A stretch of 59,269 bases of DNA, filler included. It is 4 parts of 4 records of this genome, joined end to end, with 100 filler letters (N's around TTAATTAATTAA, not from the genome) between each part and the next. Parts side by side here need not be neighbours in the genome. Positions count along the whole stretch, not along the records: positions 30,835 to 38,319 come from DRR723986_595; positions 38,420 to 50,612 come from DRR723986_600; 2 more parts are not named here. The stretch is one strand, 5' to 3'. The notes under the pieces were generated by a model, which was not told the DNA's origin, did no database searches, and was given only the letters and a program-made list of their open reading frames with translations. Below are positions 31,617 to 40,303 of this stretch, piece after piece; position 1 is the first letter of the stretch, and every line of letters begins with the position of its first letter. The translations under genes were made by a program, and so were the position numbers.

Positions 31617-31647
31617 AACGGCCCCCGATTCGGCGGGCCGTTTTTTT
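31617..31647 (+). terminator. Intrinsic terminator after cvpA
   Basis: AACGGCCC...GGGCCGTT followed by a T-run. Confidence 0.8.
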
Positions 31648-31799
31648 ATGGACCGGTACCCCCTGAGACACTGAATTGAACTCAGTTTCTTGTGGTTCCT
31701 CGCCCCTGCGGCAAAAAGATTTGTGATCCTTTCGTGACACAGCGCCTTTCAGGTACTATGTGGGGGCCAACCCTCTCACCGGAAACGGAGCTGCTTGCC

Positions 31800-31877
31800 G
31801 TGACTCGCCCGCAGACACCCCCCGCTCAGTGTACTGAGACCCCCCCTCTGAAACCCAGCAGGCCAGAGATGGATTAA
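31800..31877 (+). pseudogene. Probable 5' stub of the native alphaproteobacterial purF (or a leader peptide)
   Basis: GGAG SD + GTG giving MTRPQTPPAQ..., which recalls the 'PPAHPF' propeptide start of Rhodobacteraceae PurF; stops after 25 codons. Confidence 0.45.
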
Positions 31878-32096
31878 CGACGCCACACCGGGCCGCGTTT
31901 TACATCAAACGCCCCCATGCAGAGAAAAGCCCAACCGGGTGACTTAATTTCCCACTGTCATACTCACCGCTGCAAATGACACATCGGAAATCGCCCTTTT
32001 CTCTGTATTCCAAAGCTCAAGCGCGCTAGGGAGCGCGTGCCGAGACTAAGTTGAATAGCCAGCAGCAAACGAACTCTGTGGAATTGGAGCCCTTAC

Positions 32097-33620
32097 ATGT
32101 GCGGGATTTTAGGGATCGCAAGTCGGAACAACGACGTATTTGCGGAACTGTACGAAGGTTTGCTGATGCTCCAGCATCGTGGTCAGGATGCATCAGGCAT
32201 CGTTACTGACACCGGCGAATTTTTCCGGGAACGCAAAGCCAACGGTTTGGTCAAAGACGTGTTCAAAGCCCAGGATGCCGACACCCTGACCGGGCGTATT
32301 GGCATGGGTCACGTCCGTTACCCAACAGCCGGATCGCTCAGTGCGGCCGAGGCGCAGCCGTTTTTCGTGAACGCGCCCTACGGCATCTATCTGGTGCACA
32401 ACGGCAATATCACCAACACCGAAGAACAGCGCGAAAAAGTCACCGCCAAATACAGCCGCCATTTGCGCACCACCTCTGATTCAGAGATCATGCTGAACGT
32501 GCTGGCCGACAAAGTCGCCGACGCGATCAAGGTCAACGGCAACGCCGATCCCGTCCGCAACGTCTTTGCTGGCGTCAAGATGATGATGGAACGGGTTCAA
32601 GGCGCCTATTCTGTGATCTGCCTGATTGCTGGGGTTGGCATGCTCGCCTTCCGTGACCCCAACGGCATCCGCCCCTTGTCCGTTGCCAAACGTGACGCAG
32701 ACGGTGACGGCGACGATTTCGCTTTTGCCTCTGAAGACGTGGCATTCGGCATCAACGGGTTCGAAAAAATCCGCGACGTCAAACCCGGCGAAGCGATCCT
32801 GATCGACCACGACGGCAACATGCACGAGTTTCAGGCGGTCGAAGGCAACCTGACCCCCTGTATCTTTGAATACGTCTATCTGGCGCGTCCCGATTCGCTG
32901 CTGGATGGCATTTCGGTTTACAAAACTCAGCTGCGCATGGGTCAGACGCTGGCGAAACAGATCCAAGACAGCGGTCTGGACATCGATGCCATCATCCCCG
33001 TTCCCGACAGCGCCCGCCCCGTGGCGCTTGAGGTGTCGAACGCGACTGGCATTCGCTATCGCGAAGCGCTGGTTAAAAACCGCTACGTGGGCCGGACCTT
33101 CATCATGCCCGGTCAGGAAGAGCGACAGAAATCCGTTCGGCGCAAACTGAACGCCATCCCGCTTGAGATGAAAGATCGCAACATCCTGCTGATCGACGAT
33201 TCCATCGTGCGCGGCAACACCATCAAGAAAATCGTCCAGATGTGCCGCGAAGCCGGTGCCAAAAAGGTCTACATCGCCAGCGCCTCGCCCCCCGTGATCT
33301 ATCCCAACGTCTATGGCATCGACATGCCCACCAAACACGAGCTGATCGCCAACGGTCTCGACATCGAAGAGATTCGTCAGGAACTGGGCGCAGATGCGCT
33401 GTTCTATCAGAAACTCGACGACCTAATCTGGGCAGCCACCGAAGGCAATCCAGAAATCAAACAGTTCGATTGCTCTTGTTTTGATGGCAAATACATCACC
33501 GGCAGCGTCAGCGAGGACTATCTTGATAGCCTCGAAAGCAGCAACCGCGTCAGCAAAAAGATCAAAGACATGCCCGCGACCGGCGCGTCGTGGAATGCGG
33601 CCAAGCTCGCTACCGGCTAA
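32097..33620 (+). CDS. purF: Amidophosphoribosyltransferase (E. coli type)
   Basis: MCGILG, LQHRGQDASG, GHVRYPTAG, HNGN, CIFEYVYLARPDS, DDSIVRGNT, NVYGIDMP. Confidence 0.97.
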   Translation: MCGILGIASRNNDVFAELYEGLLMLQHRGQDASGIVTDTGEFFRERKANGLVKDVFKAQDADTLTGRIGMGHVRYPTAGSLSAAEAQPFFVNAPYGIYLVHNGNITNTEEQREKVTAKYSRHLRTTSDSEIMLNVLADKVADAIKVNGNADPVRNVFAGVKMMMERVQGAYSVICLIAGVGMLAFRDPNGIRPLSVAKRDADGDGDDFAFASEDVAFGINGFEKIRDVKPGEAILIDHDGNMHEFQAVEGNLTPCIFEYVYLARPDSLLDGISVYKTQLRMGQTLAKQIQDSGLDIDAIIPVPDSARPVALEVSNATGIRYREALVKNRYVGRTFIMPGQEERQKSVRRKLNAIPLEMKDRNILLIDDSIVRGNTIKKIVQMCREAGAKKVYIASASPPVIYPNVYGIDMPTKHELIANGLDIEEIRQELGADALFYQKLDDLIWAATEGNPEIKQFDCSCFDGKYITGSVSEDYLDSLESSNRVSKKIKDMPATGASWNAAKLATG

Positions 33621-33682
33621 GGGCTAATGGGTCGCGCGCATTTTTCCGCCGATCTTAACCCATCTAAAATCTCGAATGATCC

Positions 33683-33704
33683 AAGGGGCCTACGGGCCCC
33701 TTTT
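33683..33704 (+). terminator. Intrinsic terminator after purF
   Basis: AAGGGGCC-tacg-GGCCCCTT followed by TT. Confidence 0.75.
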
Positions 33705-33833
33705 CTCTGCCCCAAAGCAGGCATAGCGAAACCCTGCCGCACCGCAGCAAATCTGCTTTTACCCATTTCCCAGCTCTGATACCTCCCCGCTCTGACATTT
33801 GTGCAAACGGCCGTGGCCGGGATAGGACCAGAC

Positions 33834-34082
33834 GTGTCGAATACCAAAGTAAACTCGGCCGCCACCCAACAAGGGGTGATCCGCAAAAACCAGATCGCCA
33901 TCTTGGGCGTCTTTGGCCCCAAGGATAAATTGCGCGCACTTGTCCGCCTGTCCAATGGGCGTGTCGAACAAGTGAAAACAGGGGATCGCGTCGCCTCGGG
34001 TCAGATTGTGGCCATCGACGACCAGGGCATCATGCTGCGGCAAAGAGGCCAGACCAAGCGCATCGACATCGCAGGCAGCTGA
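33834..34082 (+). CDS. Small PilP-like beta-domain hypothetical protein
   Basis: ILGVFG...RALVRLSNGRVEQVKTGDRV..GQIVAID pattern; AGGA SD before the GTG at 33834. Confidence 0.65.
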   Translation: MSNTKVNSAATQQGVIRKNQIAILGVFGPKDKLRALVRLSNGRVEQVKTGDRVASGQIVAIDDQGIMLRQRGQTKRIDIAGS

Positions 34083-34123
34083 TCCCCCTTGACCCAAGCC
34101 CAGCATCAGGTCAAACCCCGCTC

Positions 34124-34768
34124 ATGACCGATACGCCCAAACTCGCCCTGATCACTGGTGCCTCGCGTGGCCTAGGGGCCGCCCTCGCCGAGGCGCTTGC
34201 GCCCACCCACCACATCATCGCTGTGGCCCGGACCACCGGTGCCCTCGAAGAGCTGGATGACCGCATTCAGGCCCAAGGTGGTTCTGCCACGCTGGCACCC
34301 ATGGACATCACCGATCCGGCTGCCATGGCCACACTGTGTCGCGGTATTCATGATCGGTGGGGCAAACTGGACCTGTGGCTGCACACCGCCATCCACGCAG
34401 CTCCCCTGACACCCGCGCCCTTTGTTGACGCCAAGGATTGGACCAAATCCCTTGCGATCAACACAACGGCCACCTCGGTTCTGATTCCCTATGTCGCGCC
34501 CCTGCTGGGCGCCGAGGGTCAAGCGGTGTTCTTTGACGACCCAAAAGCGGGCGAAAAATTCTACGCCACTTACGGTGCCACCAAAGGCGCACAGATGGCA
34601 CTGGCCCGCAGCTGGGCCGCGGAAACCGTCAAGACCGGTCCCCGCGTCACCATCGTCGAACCCGCCCCGATGCCAACAGCCCTGCGCGCGCGCTTTCACC
34701 CCGGTGAGGACCGCGATGTTCTGACCCCCGCCTCGGATGAGGCCGCACGCATCGTCGCAAGCCTGTAA
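34124..34768 (+). CDS. SDR family oxidoreductase
   Basis: ALITGASRGLG, YGATK, PMPTALRA. Confidence 0.9.
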   Translation: MTDTPKLALITGASRGLGAALAEALAPTHHIIAVARTTGALEELDDRIQAQGGSATLAPMDITDPAAMATLCRGIHDRWGKLDLWLHTAIHAAPLTPAPFVDAKDWTKSLAINTTATSVLIPYVAPLLGAEGQAVFFDDPKAGEKFYATYGATKGAQMALARSWAAETVKTGPRVTIVEPAPMPTALRARFHPGEDRDVLTPASDEAARIVASL

Positions 34769-34770
34769 CC

Positions 34771-35892
34771 CTACAGCACGTCGCTATACCAGCGCGCAAA
34801 ACTGGCCACATTGGGCTCCAGATCCGGCTGGAACCGCCCCGACACCGCGTCGGGGTTTTCCATCCCACGCTGCTGATTGATCAGCGCTGGGACATCTTCG
34901 GCCAACGCCGCATCCAACCGTTCAAGATAAGCCGCCACCCGGGTGTCGAACCCGGGCAAGGCACAGGTCTCGGGATGGAAACAGGCGGTTTGCACCACCT
35001 TGCAGCGGTTCGGGGCCACCGGATAGGCCTCGTAACACCACAACGCATCGCTGTTGGCGGCAAAGGTCATGTTAGGAAATACCCACGTGTAGCGGGCGCC
35101 TTGCGTCGCCTGCCCCTGCAGCCCCGGCATATCCGGCAAGGCATTGTCCTGCGCACTTTCCAACAACGCCCCGGTTCCTTCGGTCCGCCCGAATTGCGTG
35201 GCAAACGCCCCCTGTACCTGATCCGCCGGATCGGGGGCGGCATAGATACTGTCGATGGAATCGGGATGCACAAACGGCAGGTGATAATATTCGTTGAACA
35301 CCTCTAGGAACATTTTCCAGTTGCAATCGACCTCCAACTCACGCCGCCGCACGCTGCGCAGCTGCTCCAACGGCCAAGGCGCGTGGATGTCTAAAAAATC
35401 CCCCAGATGCCGGTCCAGCCGCCCCGCCGCCTGATCCAGACACACAAAGATAAATCCCGCACGTTCTTCGATGCGATAGGCGATCAACCCGTTGTCCGCA
35501 CGATCAAACCCGGTGGCCGCCTCCATCTGCGGCGCGGACACTAGCCGACCGTCCAGCGCATAGAACCATGAATGGAACGGGCAGCGGATGCCCTTGCAGC
35601 TCCCCGTGCCATCCAGCAATCGCGCGCCTCGATGGCGGCAGGTGTTGGCATAGGCGCGCAATACACTGTCCTTGTCACGCACCAGCAAAACGGTCTGACC
35701 CGCGAAATCCAGCGTGATGAAATCACCGGGATCGGCCACCATATCCGACCGCCCGACACCAACCCACCCCTGTCGGAAAAGCTGTTCGACCTCAGTGTCT
35801 TGCGCGTCCGTCTTAGTGTAGCATTGCGGCGGCAAGCTTGACGCTTCTTCCGCCGCCTTACGGCAATCCTCAAACACCTCATCGCCCCGCAT
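34771..35892 (-). CDS. Rieske non-heme iron oxygenase alpha subunit (choline/betaine/carnitine oxygenase-like)
   Basis: CRHRG...CPFHSW Rieske motif, NWK...EYYHLPFVH iron ligands, ED motif; GGGAGG SD before the ATG at 35892. Confidence 0.88.
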   Translation of the reverse strand: MRGDEVFEDCRKAAEEASSLPPQCYTKTDAQDTEVEQLFRQGWVGVGRSDMVADPGDFITLDFAGQTVLLVRDKDSVLRAYANTCRHRGARLLDGTGSCKGIRCPFHSWFYALDGRLVSAPQMEAATGFDRADNGLIAYRIEERAGFIFVCLDQAAGRLDRHLGDFLDIHAPWPLEQLRSVRRRELEVDCNWKMFLEVFNEYYHLPFVHPDSIDSIYAAPDPADQVQGAFATQFGRTEGTGALLESAQDNALPDMPGLQGQATQGARYTWVFPNMTFAANSDALWCYEAYPVAPNRCKVVQTACFHPETCALPGFDTRVAAYLERLDAALAEDVPALINQQRGMENPDAVSGRFQPDLEPNVASFARWYSDVL

Positions 35893-35996
35893 TGCCAAAC
35901 CCTCCCTGACCGATGCCCAAACTCATGCGGACATGTCGCGTCAAGGATCAGGCCCAGTCTGTTCCGAAAACGTCACCCTTGAAGAATTCGCAAGGC

Positions 35997-36839
35997 TCAG
36001 CTCAAGGCAGCCCCGTGACGCCCGGCCAGATCACAAAAGAACTGCCATGCCACCCGGCCAGACCGAGACCCGCGTGTGGCCTGCCATTCAATCGCCTCAG
36101 CGCGCAGGGTCGCCGCATCAATGCTCAGCCCATGCGCGGCACAATAGCCATCGATCATCGCAAGGTATTCGTCCTGATCACATGGATGGAACCCCAGCCA
36201 CAGCCCAAACCGATCCGACAAAGACACTTTTTCCTCTACCGCCTCAGACGGATTGATCGCGCTTGACCGCTCGTTTTCAATCATATCGCGTGGCATCAGA
36301 TGACGACGGTTCGAAGTGGCATAGAACACCACATTCTCAGGGCGCCCTTCGATCCCCCCATCCAGCACCGCCTTGAGGCTCTTGTAATGCTGGTCGTCAT
36401 GGCTGAACGATAGATCGTCACAAAACAGGATAAACCGCTGTTCAGCACTGCGCAGATGGTTCAACAACTGCCCGACCGAAGGCAGATCCTCGCGCTGTAA
36501 CTCTACCAGCTTCAACCCATCATAATCCGCTTGAACTTCGGCGTGTACTGCCTTGACAAGGCTTGATTTCCCCATTCCACGAGCGCCCCACAACAGCGCA
36601 TTGTTCGCAGCCAACCCCGCCGCAAACCGGCGGGTGTTTTCCAACAGTGTATCCCGGGATCGGTTGATCCCCACCAACAGATCCAGATCAACTCGGTTGA
36701 TCTCAGCCACCGGGCTCAGCCGCTCAGGCTCCACATGCCAGACAAACGCGCTTGCAACGTTGAAATCAGGTGCCGGCAACGGCGCAGGCGACATCCGCTC
36801 TAAAGCCTCGGCAATGCGGATCATAGGGTCTTGGGTCAC
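35997..36839 (-). CDS. DUF815 family AAA+ ATP-binding protein
   Basis: LLWGARGMGKSS, FCDDLSF, YATSNRRHL, EEKVSLSDRFGL, GSRSGRVAWQF; GGAGG SD before the GTG at 36839. Confidence 0.9.
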   Translation of the reverse strand: MTQDPMIRIAEALERMSPAPLPAPDFNVASAFVWHVEPERLSPVAEINRVDLDLLVGINRSRDTLLENTRRFAAGLAANNALLWGARGMGKSSLVKAVHAEVQADYDGLKLVELQREDLPSVGQLLNHLRSAEQRFILFCDDLSFSHDDQHYKSLKAVLDGGIEGRPENVVFYATSNRRHLMPRDMIENERSSAINPSEAVEEKVSLSDRFGLWLGFHPCDQDEYLAMIDGYCAAHGLSIDAATLRAEAIEWQATRGSRSGRVAWQFFCDLAGRHGAALS

Positions 36840-36969
36840 GAGGGGCCTCCGAGTTTTGTTGCCAGGTTTCAAAGCATGTTCCAGTAAAGACAGCAAGAGA
36901 ATGCGGCCAACACCCCCGTATTCCCCTTCAGCATCCAAACGGAAAACACCCACCTGCCTAGACCCAATC

Positions 36970-37416
36970 CTAGGTAAGATTACCCGGCGCATCTGCGATC
37001 AAGCGATGGAGCAAACTGGACAACTCCTCCAAATCGGCATCCGACCACCGGTCTCGAAAGACATAGCCTGCCTGCTTAGCAAATGTCGCTCGCGCCTCTT
37101 GTACTTTTTCCAGACCTGATTCTGTCAAAACAACAAAGGCGAGCCTTGCATCTCTGCTGTCTGCCTGTCGCGAAACCACGCCAAGTTTTTCAAGTGGCGC
37201 CGCCATTCGTGTTACCGTGGACGCGCTAACGTGCATCCGTTTCGCAAGTTCCACACGGGACATTCGACTAAGTGGGGCCTGCTCCAAATGCATAAGCAGA
37301 AACACCTCGTTGACCGACAGCCCATGAACGGACGCAAAGTCACCAGACAGCCGTGCCTTTATTTGGTCAGCAGACTGCAAAAGCCGGAGCGTATTTGTAA
37401 GACATAAATCATTCAT
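36970..37416 (-). CDS. MarR family transcriptional regulator
   Basis: ELAKRMHVSASTVTR...LEKLGVV.R..DSRDAR...LTESG. Confidence 0.88.
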   Translation of the reverse strand: MNDLCLTNTLRLLQSADQIKARLSGDFASVHGLSVNEVFLLMHLEQAPLSRMSRVELAKRMHVSASTVTRMAAPLEKLGVVSRQADSRDARLAFVVLTESGLEKVQEARATFAKQAGYVFRDRWSDADLEELSSLLHRLIADAPGNLT

Positions 37417-37431
37417 ATCGCACATTACATT

Positions 37432-37459
37432 CAATATGCTTGCATACGCAAGTACATTG
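37432..37459. promoter_or_regulatory. Probable MarR operator between divergent genes
   Basis: Imperfect palindrome CAATATGCTTGC-atac-GCAAGTACATTG (10 of 12 pairs). Confidence 0.65.
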
Positions 37460-37504
37460 CAATAGATGCTGCCGAAATTAATCATCTCAATTTGAGGAAA
37501 CAAC

Positions 37505-37933
37505 ATGAACCTTGAGATCCTATTTTCTATGGCAGGCGTCCTTTCAATGGTGGGTTGGGTTATTCTGTTGGCCTCACCACTCATTCCGATTTGGTCAGAC
37601 CGCATTGCTGGCTACATCATTCCGTTGATGCTCTCCCTCGCGTATGTGGCCCTCATCACCCTCTACCCATCAGACGGTCGGGGTGGATTTGGCAGCCTAT
37701 CCGACGTCATTGCACTCTTCTCGAACCCCAACGCAATGATGGCCGGGTGGATTCATTATCTGGCATTCGACCTACTGATCGGAGCATGGATTTGCAGAAC
37801 CGCAAGGCGTGATGGCGTCAGGTTTTGGTTTGTCGCCCCGTGTCTGCCCCTGACATTCCTATTCGGACCAGCTGGGTTTGTTGCCTTTTCCTTAGTTCGT
37901 ATCTGGCGCAAAGCGGCTGCATCCCACGCTTGA
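37505..37933 (+). CDS. ABA4-like/DUF4281 membrane protein
   Basis: GFGSLSDV..LF, AGWIHYLAFDLLIGAW, PCLPLTFLFGPAG. Confidence 0.88.
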   Translation: MNLEILFSMAGVLSMVGWVILLASPLIPIWSDRIAGYIIPLMLSLAYVALITLYPSDGRGGFGSLSDVIALFSNPNAMMAGWIHYLAFDLLIGAWICRTARRDGVRFWFVAPCLPLTFLFGPAGFVAFSLVRIWRKAAASHA

Positions 37934-37959
37934 TCTCACAAAATCAATCACACCAGGCC

Positions 37960-37992
37960 AAAAAAAGGGCGCGCAGGTTGCCCCGCGCGCCC
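37960..37992 (-). terminator. Intrinsic terminator after tatC
   Basis: GGGCGCGC...GCGCGCCC stem with an A7 run on the + strand (U-tract on minus). Confidence 0.8.
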
Positions 37993-38013
37993 GATCTTTG
38001 GATCTCCAAGGGA

Positions 38014-38319
38014 TTACTTGCCCTTGTCATCCGTATCTTCGTCGTCGAATTCAGCGAGCATCGGATCATCAAAATGCCCATCCTCTTCGTCGTCGTAATA
38101 CCCTTCTTCGCGCAGCTTGGCTTCGCGTTTGGTTTCCACCCGACGCACAAGGAAGATTGAGATCTCGTAGAGCCCATAGACCACCACAAACAAGATAACC
38201 TGCGTGATCACGTCCGGCGGTGTCACCAGCGCGGCCAGAACCAGAATGGCAACCACCGCGTATTTGCGCACCGCACCCAGCCCCTCGGCGCTGACCAGAC
38301 CGGCCTTGCCCATCAGGGT
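38014..38319 (-). CDS. tatC: Twin-arginine translocase TatC, C-terminal fragment
   Basis: [38 protein letters not shown] plus an acidic tail. Confidence 0.93.
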   Translation of the reverse strand, partial: TLMGKAGLVSAEGLGAVRKYAVVAILVLAALVTPPDVITQVILFVVVYGLYEISIFLVRRVETKREAKLREEGYYDDEEDGHFDDPMLAEFDDEDTDDKGK

Positions 38320-38419
38320 NNNNNNNNNNNNNNNNNNNNNNNNNNNNNNNNNNNNNNNNNNNNTTAATTAATTAANNNNNNNNNNNNNNNNNNNNNNNNN
38401 NNNNNNNNNNNNNNNNNNN
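38320..38419. other. Artificial contig spacer
   Basis: 44 N + TTAATTAATTAA + 44 N. Confidence 0.98.
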
Positions 38420-39025
38420 CACACGCATGCAACACAAGGCAGATACATTCAACGGTAAAAATGTTAACATACCCGTGGAGCTTCTCGCCGACGACCTAAG
38501 GCGCTACGTGCGCGAATGGAAAAATGCGCCGCATCCCGTAGCGACTAAATTCCGGTTAACTATCAATTACTCAATCAACCGCGTTGCCCACCAGAAACTT
38601 CAATTTGACTTCGCGCCGGGTACGTATGGCGCAAGGTTCGCCTGCTGAAAGTTGCGCCGCACACCGAATCGACAGGATTCCGGCCGGCTGCAAATCACTC
38701 AACATAAGCGCAATCCACGGGCGCGCCCAGGGACTTAACATTTTAGACCCAGCGACAAACAAGAAAATCATAGAGCCTGAGACCAAAACGACACTGCAAG
38801 TGGAGAGCAGGGCTCAAAGCGACAAATCACTTGCGGCGGCCACACTCACGACTTAACGGAAATCGACGGCACAGCCATTAAACCAACACCACTGGCTCAC
38901 AAGAACCCCAAACAAAAAACCACTGAAAGAAATACCCGACTAAACTATTTGTACTGAATGGTTATTTTTGCGTAGCTTTTGCCAGTTAAATTATATGTTC
39001 AACAATTGAATGAATTGGGAGACAC

Positions 39026-39568
39026 ATGGAAAACCACGTTGGAGAAATTCGCGCATTTAGCGCTATGCGCCTACCGCGAGGCTGGATGCTGTGCGAGGGA
39101 CAAGTTCTTTCTTCAGCTCGCTACCCGGCCCTTTTTTCGATTATAGGTCACACATACGGGGGCACGGACGACAGTCACTTTAACCTGCCTGATTTGCGGG
39201 GACGTGTGCCAATTGGTACCGGTACGTCCGACTATGGAGTTGAGTTTAAGCTCGGCCAGGCAAGCGGCGCAGCGACAGTTACATTAACAGAATCACAGAT
39301 CCCGCAGCATAGGCACTACATCTTATCAAATTCCGGCCCGGGTGAACAATTTTCCCCCGACGGGGCTTCGCCGGCAGCCGGCCACTTAACAGGCAACCCA
39401 CCGAACCAGACACCACAAAACACCGTTTATGGTGATGACATCTCCGCAACAATGGCCGCAGCTTTGATAGAGAAAACTGGCGGTGGATCCGCGCACGACA
39501 ACCTCCAGCCCGGGATCGTCGCGAACTTCATGATTTGTGTAGAGGGGCACTTGCCATCGTTTCAATAA
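39026..39568 (+). CDS. Phage tail-collar domain ('microcystin-dependent'-like) protein 1
   Basis: GEIRAF..PRGWMLCEGQ...LFSIIG.TYGG..FNLPDLRGRVP, LTESQIPQHRH, GGGSAHDNLQP. Confidence 0.88.
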   Translation: MENHVGEIRAFSAMRLPRGWMLCEGQVLSSARYPALFSIIGHTYGGTDDSHFNLPDLRGRVPIGTGTSDYGVEFKLGQASGAATVTLTESQIPQHRHYILSNSGPGEQFSPDGASPAAGHLTGNPPNQTPQNTVYGDDISATMAAALIEKTGGGSAHDNLQPGIVANFMICVEGHLPSFQ

Positions 39569-39596
39569 CAGAAACAGTGCCAAGGCATCAGATAAC

Positions 39597-39633
39597 ACAG
39601 GGCTATTACAGGGCTATTACAGGGCTATTACAG
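39597..39633 (+). repeat. Tandem repeat (ACAGGGCTATT)x3 plus a partial copy
   Basis: Exact 11-mers at 39597, 39608 and 39619, followed by ACAG. Confidence 0.92.
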
Positions 39634-39688
39634 AGGCAATTCATGTTGCCTGGCAAATTTCAACAAAAATGAATTAACAACACAAGCA

Positions 39689-40243
39689 ATGGCAGGCGCA
39701 GCTATGGATGGAATGACAAGTGAAATTCGCTATTGGGCAGGCGTACAGATCCCCGCCAAATGGATGAAATGTGAAGGACAGTATCTGAAGATCATTGGTC
39801 ACGAGGCACTGTTTAGTCTCTTAGGAACGACCTACGGTGGTGACGGCAAAACCACCTTTTGTTTACCTGACTTCCGCGGCCGAATTGGCATGGCGCCAAA
39901 TCAAACAAGTCACAACCATCTCTTGCGACGGGTCAAATTAGGAGAAAAGACTGGTGAGCATGAAGTTAGTTTAAGGGTTGATCAACTTCCGTCGCACACA
40001 CATAAGGCATTTGTTAACCCAGATCCGGGCACTTTAAACTCACCTGTTAATGCTTTTCCCGCCAGCACCCCATTTTCGACTGGCCCAAAACCAAATCTGT
40101 TGTACAGCGACTTTCCCGAATCACCAATGTATGGAAACATAATGGATCTGGCGGGCGGTAATGCCGCACATTCGAACATGCAGCCGACATTGGCTATAAA
40201 TCACATCATCTGCATTGATGGAGTTTACCCGACAAGAGGTTAA
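39689..40243 (+). CDS. Tail-collar domain protein 2
   Basis: EIRYWAG..P.KWMKCEGQ..LFSLLGTTYGGDGKTTFCLPDFRGR, QLPSHTH, HSNMQP; the start may be 39704. Confidence 0.88.
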   Translation: MAGAAMDGMTSEIRYWAGVQIPAKWMKCEGQYLKIIGHEALFSLLGTTYGGDGKTTFCLPDFRGRIGMAPNQTSHNHLLRRVKLGEKTGEHEVSLRVDQLPSHTHKAFVNPDPGTLNSPVNAFPASTPFSTGPKPNLLYSDFPESPMYGNIMDLAGGNAAHSNMQPTLAINHIICIDGVYPTRG

Positions 40244-40303
40244 GGCACACAACTCACTTCTTATATTAATCACGGTCTATTATAAAATTTACTGGAGTTC
40301 ATA

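Noticed and set aside
31878..32096. Known purine, ZTP or PRPP riboswitch upstream of purF
   Set aside because: The conserved core motifs were not found; kept only as an unnamed candidate structure.
29345..33620. Apparent purine cluster of purD-purH next to cvpA-purF
   Set aside because: The genes are on different contigs from different taxa; the adjacency is coincidental.
38427..38856. Short ORFs (73, 71 and 90 aa) at the start of contig 3
   Set aside because: They overlap each other and have no recognisable motifs or SD sequences; not supportable as genes.
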